A DNA stretch of 64,000 nt from the human T2T-CHM13v2.0 reference genome, Homo sapiens. The stretch's first letter is position 1. Every line of letters begins with the position of its first letter. The notes below the pieces were generated by a model, which was not told where the DNA came from, ran no database searches, and saw only the letters and a program-made list of their open reading frames with translations. Shown in pieces: positions 39,142 to 52,400 of this stretch. The stretch is from assembly GCF_009914755.1 (NCBI RefSeq), contig NC_060926.1, one strand, 5' to 3'. A program made the translations under genes and the position numbers.

Positions 39142-39879
39142 CAGGAAGGACCATTTTGTTCATAGCTGCAGTGCACGGACATTGTCTTCTTAAGGTAACA
39201 AATGGAGGTGTTAGGGTGAAAGGATGGTAGGCATCCAGACCTCAGCTCCCAGGCAGAGATAACACCATTAATTCCTTCATTCGGAACACAAATGTTCTCT
39301 GCATTTACACTACAGGTGGTGCAATGCCAGAGATTTGGAGCTGAGCAAGGCCTTACTGGCTCCCTGGAGGACACTGGCTGCAATAAGAGATGTGTTAAAA
39401 TAGTTCAAGCTGCAAAGGTTCCATCACAGAGGACCAAATGGCCTGAGGGGAAGTCAGGGAAGGATTGTTGGAGGGAGAATTCTGACATGGGTTTTGAAGG
39501 AGCTATCTAGGTGAGGGGATGACAAATGCAGAGAAATCGAGGTGATATTGGAACCTGCAAGTGTGCAGTTCTTCCTGCAGCTTCAGGCATGTATGGAAGT
39601 AACCAAGGATGACTCCGACACAGAGACTGCAAAGAACCAGCTAATGAGGGGGCTGGCCACTATGCTGTAATTGAAGGTGGTAAGAGCCCTTTACAGGAGG
39701 AAAGTGGGTGCAGATATGGTCAGATTTGCAAATTATGTTGCATCCAATGTTGAGAGGAATTAGAGGTTGTACTCTGGGGAGGAAGACAGCCTAGAAATTA
39801 CTGAGGCCTGAACAGGGAAAAGCACCTTATGAGAGATCTTTCAGGATGAGACAAAATCCAGTTAATTTTTTTTTTAAAT

Positions 39880-39983
39880 AAAAATATGGAACGCTTCATG
39901 AATGTGCATGTTATCCGTGCACAGGGGCCGTGCTAATCTCTGTATCATTCCAATTTTAGTATATGTGCTGCGTAAGTGAGCAC
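39880..39983 (-). pseudogene. U6 snRNA retrocopy (RNU6-type pseudogene) with short poly(A)
   Basis: Reverse complement GTGCTCACTTACGCAGCACATATACTAAAATTGGAATGATACAGAGATTAGCACGGCCCCTGTGCACGGATAACATGCACATTCATGAAGCGTTCCATATTTTT matches U6 end to end; T-run at 39866-39875; caaaatcc flanks both sides. Confidence 0.95.
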
Positions 39984-40779
39984 CAAAATCCTCTTTTAAC
40001 ACAATTGTGAATCAATATGACCCTGAATTGGTTATGAAGCACCATGTGTACAGAACACAATAGCCCCTGGAGCAAAAGATCAAACTAGACCTGTTGAGTT
40101 TGTGGATGAAGACCGTTCATCTGCCTTTGTACTAAAATCTCTATGGAATAAACCAAGTTTTTAAGTATCACATAGACACATCTGCAGCTCCTCTGCAACA
40201 AAAGATACCTAACCAGGATCCCAAAGAGAAAATGAAAGCAAAGGATTCAGAAGGGCTACCTCATGAGGCCTGGCCTCTATGCCTCTGGGAGGCCAGGGGG
40301 AAGGCCATTCCACCCAGACTTTTGACCTGAGTCAGAAATTTTACCCTGCAAGTTTTCTTCTTTGGGATGAGTATTAGAAAGCTCTCTGCCAAGTACGTCC
40401 CTCCAGGCAGGGAGGAAGCAGGGAGAATAGTGAGAAGGCCCACCACCTTCCCTCTTCATCTGGAGACAGGAGAGCCGAAAGGGATGCCGAGGCATGTGTG
40501 TGGAGTGTGTGGTGGGAGGGACACAGGAGGGAAGAAAATGTAGATGATTCCAAGTTCACTACTCTTCCCCGGCTCAGCTCTGACACGCTTCTCAGGTCGG
40601 AATGCCATCCTGTGCCCATGTGAGAACATGAGACCAAAAAAAGGCTGTGCTAGAAGTCAGGCAAGTGTTTCAGACAAGGTCATAAAATCCAGTATGGGAC
40701 TCGTGTCCCACTTTCTCATTTTCCTAAGAAATGAGGTCATGGAGATGCCAGAGGGAGCAGGCTTCACATATGTTATAAG

Positions 40780-41234
40780 TACTGGATACCTGTGCAATGC
40801 TATCATCTGTTCCATACTGGGCACCTGTGCAATGCTGGCTAGCTGTGGAATACTAGCCACCTGGGCAATACTGGCACCTGTACAATACTAGCATCTAAGC
40901 AGTACTGAACAGCTGTGTACCACTAGCATCTGAGTAATGTCAACACATGTGCTATGCAGAATACCTGTGCAATACTGGCCCCTATGCAATACTGAGCACC
41001 TATTCTATACTGGGCACCTGAGCAATACTGGCTCCCATGCAATACTGGACAGCTGTACAACATTGGCATCAAACAATGTTTGCACCTGGGCAATACGTAC
41101 CTGTGTAATACTGGGTATAGCTGTGCAGTACTAGCATCTGATCAATACTGGCACCTGTGCAATACTAGATATTTGTGCAATACTAGATACCAGAGCAATA
41201 CTAGTCATCCATTCAATACTGGGTGCCTGTGCAA
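40780..41234. repeat. Degenerate minisatellite, ~26 units of 17-18 bp, consensus TACTGG(G)CACCTGTGCAA
   Basis: Units parsed by eye, e.g. tactgggcacctgtgcaa, tactggcacctgtacaa, tactggacagctgtacaa, tactggcacctgtgcaa. Confidence 0.9.
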
Positions 41235-41401
41235 TTACTAGACACCACATGTGGGCTGACAATTGAATGAATCTGTTGGTGTCTTGCAGTTGATACTCAC
41301 TAGGTGAATAAGACAAGGCAGCTCCTGGGAGATGACATGGAGCAGAGTCAGGTGGCTCTCCTCTTGGAGTTTTGTTCCTCATTAGTAAAAAAGGGGTGAT
41401 A

Positions 41402-41758
<357 letters not shown>

Positions 41759-42163
41759 TTAAACTTAGAATTAGCCAATGTAGTGAGATGCAGAGGTGCC
41801 TAAAAGTGAAGAAAGCTCTTTACCATGAGTATTTTTCATTCCTTTCAATACCCTGTTGAAATGTATTATCAGAAAGATATTTTTTGTTTGTTTACATGGA
41901 GAGAGATTTTCCCCTCACAGACATGTTTGATTTTTAAAACAAGGCTGGAGATTTTAAATAGCAAAGCTGAATTGGAATTCTTGGCAGCTAACAGCAGCTA
42001 CCCCCCAGGGAGGTAGAAGGAAGTTCTGTAGCTTGTTTATTCCACCCACTATTAATCACCTGCCATTGAAAAATGATTCTAACAGGAAAAAAATGTGCAG
42101 CTGCCTTACTAATAAAAAATACATATATGCATGTATATTTGTATATATGTATGTATATATACA

Positions 42164-42763
42164 CCACTGACCCTTGAACAACACAGATTTGAACTGAGCA
42201 GGTTCACTCGTATGCAGATTTTCTTCCACCTCTGCCACCCCTGAGACAGCAAGACCAACCCCGCCTCCTCCTCAGCATACTCAACATGAAGATGAAAATC
42301 TTTCTGATGATCCACTTGCACTTAATGAATAGTAAATATATCAAATATATTTTCTCTTCCTTATGATTTTCTTTCTTTATAATTTTCTTGAGACATAGGT
42401 CTCTCTCTGTTGCCCAGGTTGCAGTGCAGCAGTAGAATCATACCTCACTGCAGCCTTGGACTCCTGGGCTCAAGCAACCCTCCCACCTGAGCCTCCCAAG
42501 TAGCTGGGATTACAAGTGCAAGCCACCTCACGCAGTCCTTATGATTTTCTTAGTGATGTTTTCTTTTCTCTAGCTTACTTTATGATGAGAATATACTATA
42601 TGATACATACAACAATTGATTAAGGTTATAGGTAAGGCGTCTACTCAACAGTAATCTATTAGTAGTTAAGTTTTGGGGAAGTCAAAAGACTTATTCATGT
42701 ATTTCTGACTGTGTAGGGATGGGGGTGGTATTCCTAACCCTCACATTGTTCAAGGGTCAACTT
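42164..42763 (+). mobile_element. Tigger2a/MER28-like DNA transposon with nested Alu monomer
   Basis: TIRs tgacccttgaacaa...ttgttcaagggtcaa, TA at right end, internal ccacccctgagacagcaagaccaacc. Confidence 0.8.
42373..42535 (-). mobile_element. Alu monomer (FLAM-like) inserted in the Tigger2a element
   Basis: Single Alu arm; 15-bp TSD tccttatgattttct at 42358-42372 and 42536-42550. Confidence 0.85.
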
Positions 42764-45569
42764 TATAGGGATGTAGATATAGATAGATAGATTCGATTTA
42801 GATATAGATAGGTAGATGTATATGTATACACTTGTATATATACATGTATGTGCATATATATGTGTAGTAAATATGGGTGTACCTGTGTGTATTGCATTTT
42901 AACATATTAAATTAGGCCAGAGATCATTTGAAAGACTCTTACCCAAAGTCACTAGGCTCGCACTGGCTAGTGAATATAAACGTGGGCATGACCTCTCTGA
43001 CAGTACATGTGGCAGTGTGCCAAGAATCTTGTAACTGTTCGTATTCTTTGATCCAAAAATTCTACCTCTAAAAGTCTATCCTGAAAACAATATGCTGAAA
43101 TATGGGCCAAAATTTCCGTTTAAAAAAGGCTTATAACAGCTCTATTTGCCATAGAAAAAATATAGAACTATTTAAATTTGCATCATTAGGGGAATGTTAA
43201 GAGAATTATGATGCAGACTTGCAATTAAATATTCTACAGCAAGAAAATGATGTTACAAAGAATTTTTAATAAGTTGAGGAAATGCTTGTGATATAATGTT
43301 AAGTGAAAAACAGTAAAATACACAATATACCCACTGTAAACTCAAGCATGCCAAAAAAGCACAGAAAAGATTGGAAAATTTCACCTGCATATTAAGGGTA
43401 ATTACTTAGGGTACTAAGACCATTAAAAGAAGTTCCATCAGAATCAAGAAGTTTTCCAAGACCCCACCCGCTTCAGAGGCTGAGACAGGAGGGAGCATCA
43501 GCTTGTGCCTCTTCTCTTTGCCTTCCAGGATCAGACAGCTTTATGAGTGTCTTTATGGGTCATTGTTTCCAGATACTTTTCTCCTACCAAGTACTTTTCC
43601 ACATCCCCTACCAAAAATATATAATAAAAAGAATTTTAAAAATTAGATGAGCCTCACCAAGAATTGGCACTGTTGTAAATTGCAGAGTATTTCCCAGCCC
43701 ACGCCCAAGGGGGTGGTCTTTAGAATCAAAAGAGAAAAAGTGAATCATCATGATTATCACCCAAACTACAGTCAAGGCCCTTCGTTCAGAGAGGGATTCC
43801 AGACCTGTGCCCAGCTGCACTGCTAACATGCCATGAGTGTTTGGAAGCCAACTAGGGTGGGACTGACTGGTGAAATGGGAGAGAACTAGGGCCCTCAGAT
43901 GCTAGAAGGCCAGCTAAGAGATGGGGCAAGGGATTTTCTAAGGCTACACAGTGCATTAGACATGAGTTCTGACTAACATTTCTAAGTGTACTAAGCATTT
44001 ACTATGTACAAGGTATAATCTATTAACTCATTTAATGCTCAAAACAATCCTTTGAGGTAGGTATTATTATTTTCTCCCCATGTTACAGATGAGGATATAG
44101 AGAAAATAAACATTAGAAAGCTCACCCAAATTGCATAGCACGAAGTGGCAAAGCCCAGAGCTGAACCCAGGCTTTAGCCAGTACACATAATAACTACACA
44201 ATGTATTAGAAAATGCTAGCTCTGAGACGGAAGATCCACACTGAGATCTGGGAATGTGGGGTTTAGCCAAGGGACCTGCAGAAGAATTGCTCTAAGAGGG
44301 CCCAGACACCCTCCTGCTTGCCTCAAGGCGAGTGGGGATGCCAAGCCAGCATCCCCATTTGCAGAGCTGGCATCTATTCCCATTGAAGTAGGTACTTTCC
44401 CAAGCAAACCCTCAGGAGCAGGGCAAACATGTTTTCAGAGATACCCCACAAGGTAGCTGTCCCTTTGGGATTTCCCTGCTTTACCAGAGATGTCTGCCTG
44501 GGATGGGATAATGGAGGTGGTAATGGTACATCCTTCCAGAAATGTCTTATCTGGATACAAACAGTTAATTCTCAGGATAGAGGAAAGCCCTGGGGGATGG
44601 TGTTGCCCTAGATTCAAGTGGGAAGCTTTGTTCCTAGGCCAAGGCAGAGCAGGACTTGCAGGGCCCTGAGACAGCCCAGCACCACCCATACACCATAGTG
44701 GGAGAACACACCTTCATTCCAAGTCACCAAGCGTGCATGCAGGACCTTCTATGTGCCTGGTCCTGTGTGTACACTAGGTCTATAGAGAAGAATACCTGTC
44801 TTCAGGGAGGTCCCAGAGGCAGCAACAATAATAGAAAGTAACCCCCAAATGGCAATAAAGCTTGCTAACTATAGGGAGAGAGAAAACTACAGGGAGAGAG
44901 AAAACTGCAGGATGCTTCAATGGTCATCTTCAATGACCCAGAAGATGGTGGGATGGAGAGAGAGGAGCTGGTCAAGAAAACCTCAGAGGAAGAACTCTGT
45001 TAGTACTGAATGGGTAAGAACGTATGATTGAGTTATCAGAGTTATCAGTTATCTGAGCTAGCAAATGGAGGATTTCAGGAAGAGGTAAATGATTAGGTAG
45101 AAATGGCTGTGATATGTCCAAAGTGCTGTGAGTCGCTGGAGCATATAGGTGGAGTGGGGAAGGTGGCAGGAGGCAAGCCTAGAGAAGGAAACAGGAAGAT
45201 GCTCACTGACAGCCCTGCGGGTCCAGCTGTGAAGTTTCTACTTTGCTCTGTAATCCTCCTGGGATCCCCAGGAGGATTCTCAGCAGGGAGTGGCATCACC
45301 AAATTTGGAATTCAGAAACATCGCTTTTAGTGTCATGAGAGGGAATCTTCCTTCACCACAGGCCAAAATGATAAAACTCCTGCCATTTTTCAAAGTTCCT
45401 AATTTAGAAGAACCCATTTTCTCTAGAAAGGAAGTGAAGAGCATGCAAATACGTTCCCTGGGTATCTCACCTTACAATTCCTTAACATTCACCTACTAAG
45501 ACATTAAAGTCCACAAGCATGTAAACTTTTACAGCACATGAACCTGCACCCCTTTCTCAGATTACATGA

Positions 45570-45916
<347 letters not shown>

Positions 45917-47512
45917 TAGATGCATCCCTTCTGTTCTGAATATATGGTTATAAGAGAGAAAGCACTGAAGAGGGAAAGTAGCCTCAAATGCAAGGAGGAC
46001 GTTTCTGTGGACTCAGAAAAGAAATAAAAATGCAGAAAGGCACCAGCTTGCTGACTGAGGAAGTAAAAGTATTTGCCTGGCAAGGGAGACCCAGAGTTAG
46101 AAAACCAGACTCATAGCAAATGGGCCCCGCAAGCACCAAGTATGTTAAGCAAAATTAAGTCCATACTTCAGATGTGTGCCAAAAATATATGGAGGACTGA
46201 GTAATGAAAGCTAGACTACATCTAATCCGATTTTCAGAAGGGGAAGAAATGGTGGGAGGTAATAGGTGACTGAGAACTTCCCAGGATTAATTAAAGGCAC
46301 CAATCTTCAGAATACAGAAATCCCAAAGACCCAAATAGGATAAATACAAAGAATCCACACCTAGCCATATCATAGTGAAAGTGCTAAATAGTGATGAGAA
46401 TAAGAATGTATTAGCAGTAATGTGAGAGAAAATACAGGCTAAATTTTAACGTGTCAACAGTATTTTGGCAAATGTCTTCTCAACAGCAACAAAGGAAGCC
46501 ATGAAAACAGGAATAATACTTTCAAGGAGAAAGTAGAAAAAATTGTCAACCTAGAATTCATATTTGACAAGAACATGATGATAAAATATAAGTAAATCTA
46601 AACAAATACTGATTTTATACAAATAATAATTATTATTATGTCCAATAAGATTAGAAATATGGTTAAAACTAAAAGACTGGGCATCAATACTGTATTTAGA
46701 AAGGAGTTAAAATTAACATGTTCTTGGTTCCTATATTGTTTGGGGAAATTATAATTTATTAAATTTTGACTTTGATAAGTTAAACAGACCTGTTAAATAC
46801 ATAACAGAAAAACATGTATAAATTCTAAACCAGAGCCCCCAAAAAATGGAATAAGAAAAAATATCTAATCAATTCAAAAGAAAGCAAGAGAAACAAATAT
46901 AGAAAAGATTGGACAGAAAGTACAAAATGACTTATTAGAAACCAATCAATTATATTAGAAATACAATTAATGCAAATCTATTAAATTTTCCACTTAAAAG
47001 AGAAGATTGTCATAATAGAAAAGTAAAACATGCTATTTATAAGAAATAGGTCTAAAACATATCAATGCAGAAAGGATAAAAGTGAAAAAGTAAAAAAAAA
47101 TGCAAATATCAACTCCCCAAAGCTAATATAATAGTTATAAACTTGTATGCATCTAGAAATACGGTTTTGAAATATATAAAGCAAAAGTTGGCAGGAAGTT
47201 CACAGAGAAATAGACAAATCCATCATTATTTCAGGAGATATTGACACAGCTGTCTTGCAAAGAGAGGAAAAAAGGAAGGAAGGGAGAGAGAGAAAGAAGG
47301 AGACACACAAGATTTGAAAAATACACCAGTCTTGATATAATAGAGATCAAGAAGGAAGGTAGGTAGGTAGGTGGATAGGAAGGTAGGTAGAGATGATAGA
47401 AGATAGAAGATAACAATGGACGGATAGATAGATAATAATTAGTATCCACAGCATCCAACAGTAAAGAAATACACATTCTCTTCAAGTCTACATAGAATAT
47501 TTACAAAAATTG

Positions 47513-47814
47513 AGCTGGGCACAGTGGCTCATGCCTGTAATCCCAGCACTTTGGGAGGCCGAAGTGGGCAGATCATGAGGCCAGGAGTTCAAGGCCAGCC
47601 TGGGCAATGTAGTGGAACCCCTCCTCTACTAAAAAAATATGAAAATTAGCCAAGCATAGTGGTGTGCACCTGTAGTCCCAGCTACTCAGGAAGCTGAGGC
47701 AGGAGAATCGCTTGAACACAGGAGGCGGAGGTTGCAGTGAACCGAGATTGTGCCACTGCACTCTGGCCTGGGCGACAGAGTGAGACTCCATCACAAACAA
47801 ACAAACAAAAAACA
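47513..47814 (+). mobile_element. Alu nested in L1
   Basis: Full dimer; 17-bp TSD aatatttac(a/g)aaaattg. Confidence 0.95.
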
Positions 47815-48137
47815 AATATTTACGAAAATTGTTAACATACTAAGACCAAAAAAAAAAAGTCTCAACTACTGTCAAAGGATTGGTGTCTTGGTATCTTATA
47901 AACCCTAATCTCTGGCCATGATGAAATTAAGTTAAAAATCAATAACATAAAGATAATTTATATATATATTATATATACACACACAAATTATATATATATT
48001 AAAAATATATATATACACACACGCAAATTCAACAACATATTTCAGAATAACACGAGTCAAAGAAGAAATAATAATAGAAATTAGAAAATATTTAAAAGAC
48101 TGCATATGAAAATGAAATGAAATGCTAATTTGATATT

Positions 48138-49427
48138 CAAAGGGTCTTCAAAACATTCATAGAAAATGCTTATAAAAAAACTAAGCATGGATTTGAAAAT
48201 TTTTTTGCATCAAAACAAACTCATACTAACTTGTTATAACATGTCTGTCAGGATCTAGTTTGAGGCACTAAGAAGGATAAGACATCGTTTTGAAAAGGGC
48301 CCTTATCAAAGCAACATGAATTCTGCTAAAATTGAAGCAAAAACAAATGCAAATTTGTGGTGAAGCTTAGGTACGTGGAAGAAGGATGAAATTATTGGTA
48401 CCTTATGAAAAGTTTGTGGAAACAATGCCCCCAAAATCAGCAGTTTGCATATGGATAACTTCTTTAAAGAAAGGACAAGAAGATGTTGAAGATGAAGCCC
48501 ATAGTGGCCAACCATTCACATCAACTTGTGAGAAAAAATATTAATGTTGCTCATGCCCTAATCGAGGAGGGCTGAAGATTAGCAGCAGAAACAAGAGACA
48601 CCACCATAGACATCTCAAATCATTCAGCTTACAAAACTCTGACTAAGAAATTAAAGTTGAACGAACTTTCCACTTGATGGGTGCCCAAGCCATTGTGCCC
48701 AGATCTGCTGCAGACAGGACCAGATCTCCCAATGGAAATTTTAAACAAGTGGAATCAAGATCCTGAACCATTCCTTCAAAGAACCGCAACAGGAGATAAA
48801 ATGTGGCTTTACCTGAAGACAAAGCACAATCAAAGCGATGGCTACCAAGAGGTGGAAGTGGTCTATTCAAAGCAAAAGCGGATGGGTCAAGAGCAGAGGT
48901 CATGGGAACAGCTTTTCAGATGCTCAAGGCATTTTACTTGTTGACTTTCTGGAGAACCAAAGAACCATAACATCTACTTATTATGAGAGTATGTTGAGAA
49001 AGGTAGCAGTTTCTGCTTTAGCAAAAAAATGCCTGGGGAAGCTTACCCAGAGGATCCTTCTCCACCACTACAATGACCCTGCTCATTCCTCTCATCAAAC
49101 AAGGGCAATTTCATGAGAGTTTTTATCGGATATCATGAGGCATCTGCCTTCCATCCTGATTTGGCTCCTTCTGACTTCTTTTTGCTTTCTAATCTTAAAA
49201 AGTTTGTAAGGGGCACCCATTCTTCTTCAGCTAATAATGTAAAAAAGACTGCATTGACATGGTTAAATTCCAAGGACCCTCAGTTCTTTAGGGATGGACT
49301 GACTGGCTGGCTTCATTGCTTGCAAAAGTGTCTTGAACTTGATGGTGCTTATGTTGAGAAATAAAGTTTATGTTTTTAATTTTTATCTTTTAATTAAATT
49401 TTCCATGAAATTTTTGAAGTTCCCTTG
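48138..49427 (+). mobile_element. Full-length HSMAR2 mariner DNA transposon
   Basis: 30-bp TIRs (CAAAGGGTCTTCAAAACATTCATAGAAAAT and ATTTTCCATGAAATTTTTGAAGTTCCCTTG, 24/30 match), TA at right end, ~1.29 kb. Confidence 0.92.
48316..49364 (+). pseudogene. Disrupted HSMAR2 transposase
   Basis: Begins MNSAKIEA; motifs WVPK, TGDKMW, HHYNDPAH, HPDLAPSDFFL and GAYVEK* are spread over ORFs 48681, 48838 and 49113, showing frameshifts and stops. Confidence 0.9.
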
Positions 49428-52400
49428 TATGGATGGAAACGTATATCCTTAAATGTTAATAGTAGGAACAAGAAAGGCTACAATTTAATGAACTAAACAT
49501 CTTAAGAAAAACAATAGAACAAACCTAAAGAAAATGGAAGGGAGAGTACACTAAAGATGAAAGCAAAAATTAATGAAAAATAAGCATATACAATAGACAA
49601 AAAATGCTAAAAATTGGTTCTTTGAAATGGTAAATTTTAAAACTTCAGGCAAAAGTAATCAAGAAACACTTGAGAGAAGGCATGAATAAATAATTTAGGA
49701 GTAAAAGAGAAAACATAACTTCAAATTCTGCGTGATTAAGAAGGCAATACAAGGACAGCAACATTATACCAATAAACTTGAAAACTTAGATAATATGTGC
49801 AAATTCATTAAAAATATAACTTACCAACACTGAGGAAAACTAAAAAACAAAAATTTTGAATGGTTCTATAGCCACTTAATGGAGCAGTAGCTAGAAAGAT
49901 CCCTTTCCACAGAGAGAGCACCGGGTCTGAGTTCCACAGAGAGCTGTATCAAATACCCAAGAGATGAACAATTCCAAATTTACTGAGAATCCTCCAGAAA
50001 ATAGACAATGGGATCATTTTATGAAGCTGGCATACCATGGATTCCCAAATCCAACCACAACAGTGTAAGAAAATAAAATTACAGGCAACCTGTCTCTCAT
50101 GAACCCAGATGTAAGAAAATCTTAAAATATATTAGCAAACTGAATCCAGCAATGTATAAGAAAGCTTATATATCACCATTGGGTTTATTCTGGTAGTGTA
50201 AGGTGGATTTAACATTTTTTAAAATCAATGAATGAAAGTCATACATTCACAGTTCAAAGGGAAAGATCAGTATCTCTTAGTTGAAGAAAAAGCATTTGAT
50301 ACAACTTTACTTTCATTATAAAAATTCCTAGCAAGCTAGAAATAGAAAGTTTCTCAACCCAATAATGCAAACATCACATAGAAGAGTGGCATGTTAAAAG
50401 CATTTCCCTAAGGTTAGGAGGAGGTAAAGGGCCCATTATCACTGCTTCCATTAAACATCATACTGCGGGTCCCAGCTCCCAAAGACAGGCAAGGAAAATA
50501 TTGTTATGAAGATCAGGCAAGAACAGCCAAAACAGTCAGTACTTGCAGATACTATGACTGTCCATGTAGAAAATCCAGAGAATCTACAGGTGAATTATTG
50601 AATTAATAAGAGAATTTACCATTACTCTGTAGGGTACTAGTAGAGGTCACTTTTTAAAATTGCATTTCTATACACTAACATTTTAAAATGTCATTTGTAA
50701 AGGTATCATTTAAAATTGTCTCAAGCTTATAAAGTTCACAAGAGTAGATTTAACAAAGGATATACCTGACCTATATGGACAAAATTATAAGCCTGATTTA
50801 AAAACATTAAAGAATATCCGTTGTCTATGTCTTCAATGCATTCCAAAGCACACAAAGCACTTATTGTGTTTTGAACACAAAAGTGGTTGGATTTTTTGTT
50901 TTTGTCGTATTGTGGTTGTGATTGTGTAGCTTGATCTGCTGCTTCTGATACTGACAAAGAGGAACAAAGATTAAGAATAGCCAAGATGGTCCTGAAGATG
51001 CAGACTTAGACAGGAGGACTCACCCTGTCAAAGACTAGGAATTATTACACATCTCAAGTAATTAGGCAATGAGGTATTGGTGCAGAAGGGGAGAAAAGAC
51101 AAATGGAAATGAGTAGGGAGCCAAAAATTAGAGCAGCACATCCATTCAACCTAATTCGTGACAGAACTAGATTGAACTTCTAGGAGAAAACTCTGACTTT
51201 TGAGGAAATAAAGAAAATATGTTTTCTAAGGTCTTGATCCTTCTCTGAACTTTCTCATTTCTGCTATTGGTGCTGGTGTCTCTGGGCCCAAGAAGATCTG
51301 GGGCCCAGGCCTCAGGAAGGGGCACTGTTCGGGTGTTGCTGGTGCGTCTCAGGGGAACAGTTCAGAGGCTGCAATGGAAAGGAACTGTCACTACTATGAG
51401 GAAGAACCAGGGCTGGCTGATTCTCCCAGGAACAGGGAGGAGACAGAAAGGCCACAAGAAACAGGGAGGAGCCATTCCCAGGCTTGCCTCACAGAGGATC
51501 ATGGGGGCAATTAGAGGAGCCTAACAAAGAGAAGCTGGCAAGGTAGAAACCTGGTTTGCAGTCTCAAGTTCGGCATTGCAAAATGTAAAAGGGTGGAGCT
51601 GGGGCTGAGAGACAACAGCTTCATATTAAACTGAACAGGATTCAAGAGCCAGGGTGACCTGGTGCCTGGGTCCCTCTTTTAGACTCCCTGTCTCTGTGCT
51701 TCTGACCCACATTTTGTTCCAGCCTTTTCCTCACTTCACGCCTCTGCCTTAGGCTCCTCACCACTCATCTGCTTCCTCTACCTCACTTATTCTTCCAGGT
51801 TCAAGTCAAATGGCAACCCCCTCCCCAGGGTGACCTCAGCCTGCTCCCAATTCCTTCCTGGACACCCCGAAAGCATGGCTTCTGAACTCAACCACCTCTG
51901 TCAGCTTTGCCTTGTCTGTGAGAGCCTTGGGACACCAGCAGGCTAGAGCACAAGACCCAGGGTCCGGGATTCAGAAGAGGGTCCTGATGCTGCCCAAGAA
52001 ACATCATCTCCTCCCACTTGCCATCCACACTGGCCCCAGCAACCAGGATTGAATCAACGCCTGAGCTTTGCTCTAGCAGTGCAGGTGGACAAGACTTCCT
52101 CTGAGACTCATCGATCAAAACACCACTTCATTGTTAATTATGGTCCCATGAAGCCCTAGATATCTGAAGCCTCTGATCCCTCTTGTCCATCTTCCCAAAG
52201 TACCACAAGACCATTTCCCTTCTTCAAGGACACACCCCTCCCGCTGCTGCTCTGCAATTTATATAGGACCCTCCAGGTTCACAGACACACACCCTCCAGC
52301 CACAGTTGATTGGCCCAGGGGGAAGTACCTGATCCAAGCTCAGCCAATCACAGTACTTCACACCCACCCCATTTATAGTTGATTCCTTCCAAAGACGGCA

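Larger units (their letters stand above)
46270..51130 (+). mobile_element. Old, heavily decayed LINE-1 (L1M-type) ORF1/ORF2 remnants, interrupted by an Alu and HSMAR2
   Basis: A-rich strand with L1 signatures such as cacacctagccatatcatagtgaaa, gaaaaagcatttgata and tatgactgtccatgtagaaaatcc; boundaries approximate. Confidence 0.7.

Noticed and set aside
40780-41234. Short regularly spaced repeats reminiscent of a CRISPR array
   Set aside because: Units abut with no unique spacers, they are degenerate, there are no cas genes and the DNA is mammalian; it is a minisatellite
48138-49427. HSMAR2 as an active driver of GYPC rearrangements
   Set aside because: The transposase is broken and the element is ~16 kb from the duplication; homology between the repeats already explains the rearrangements
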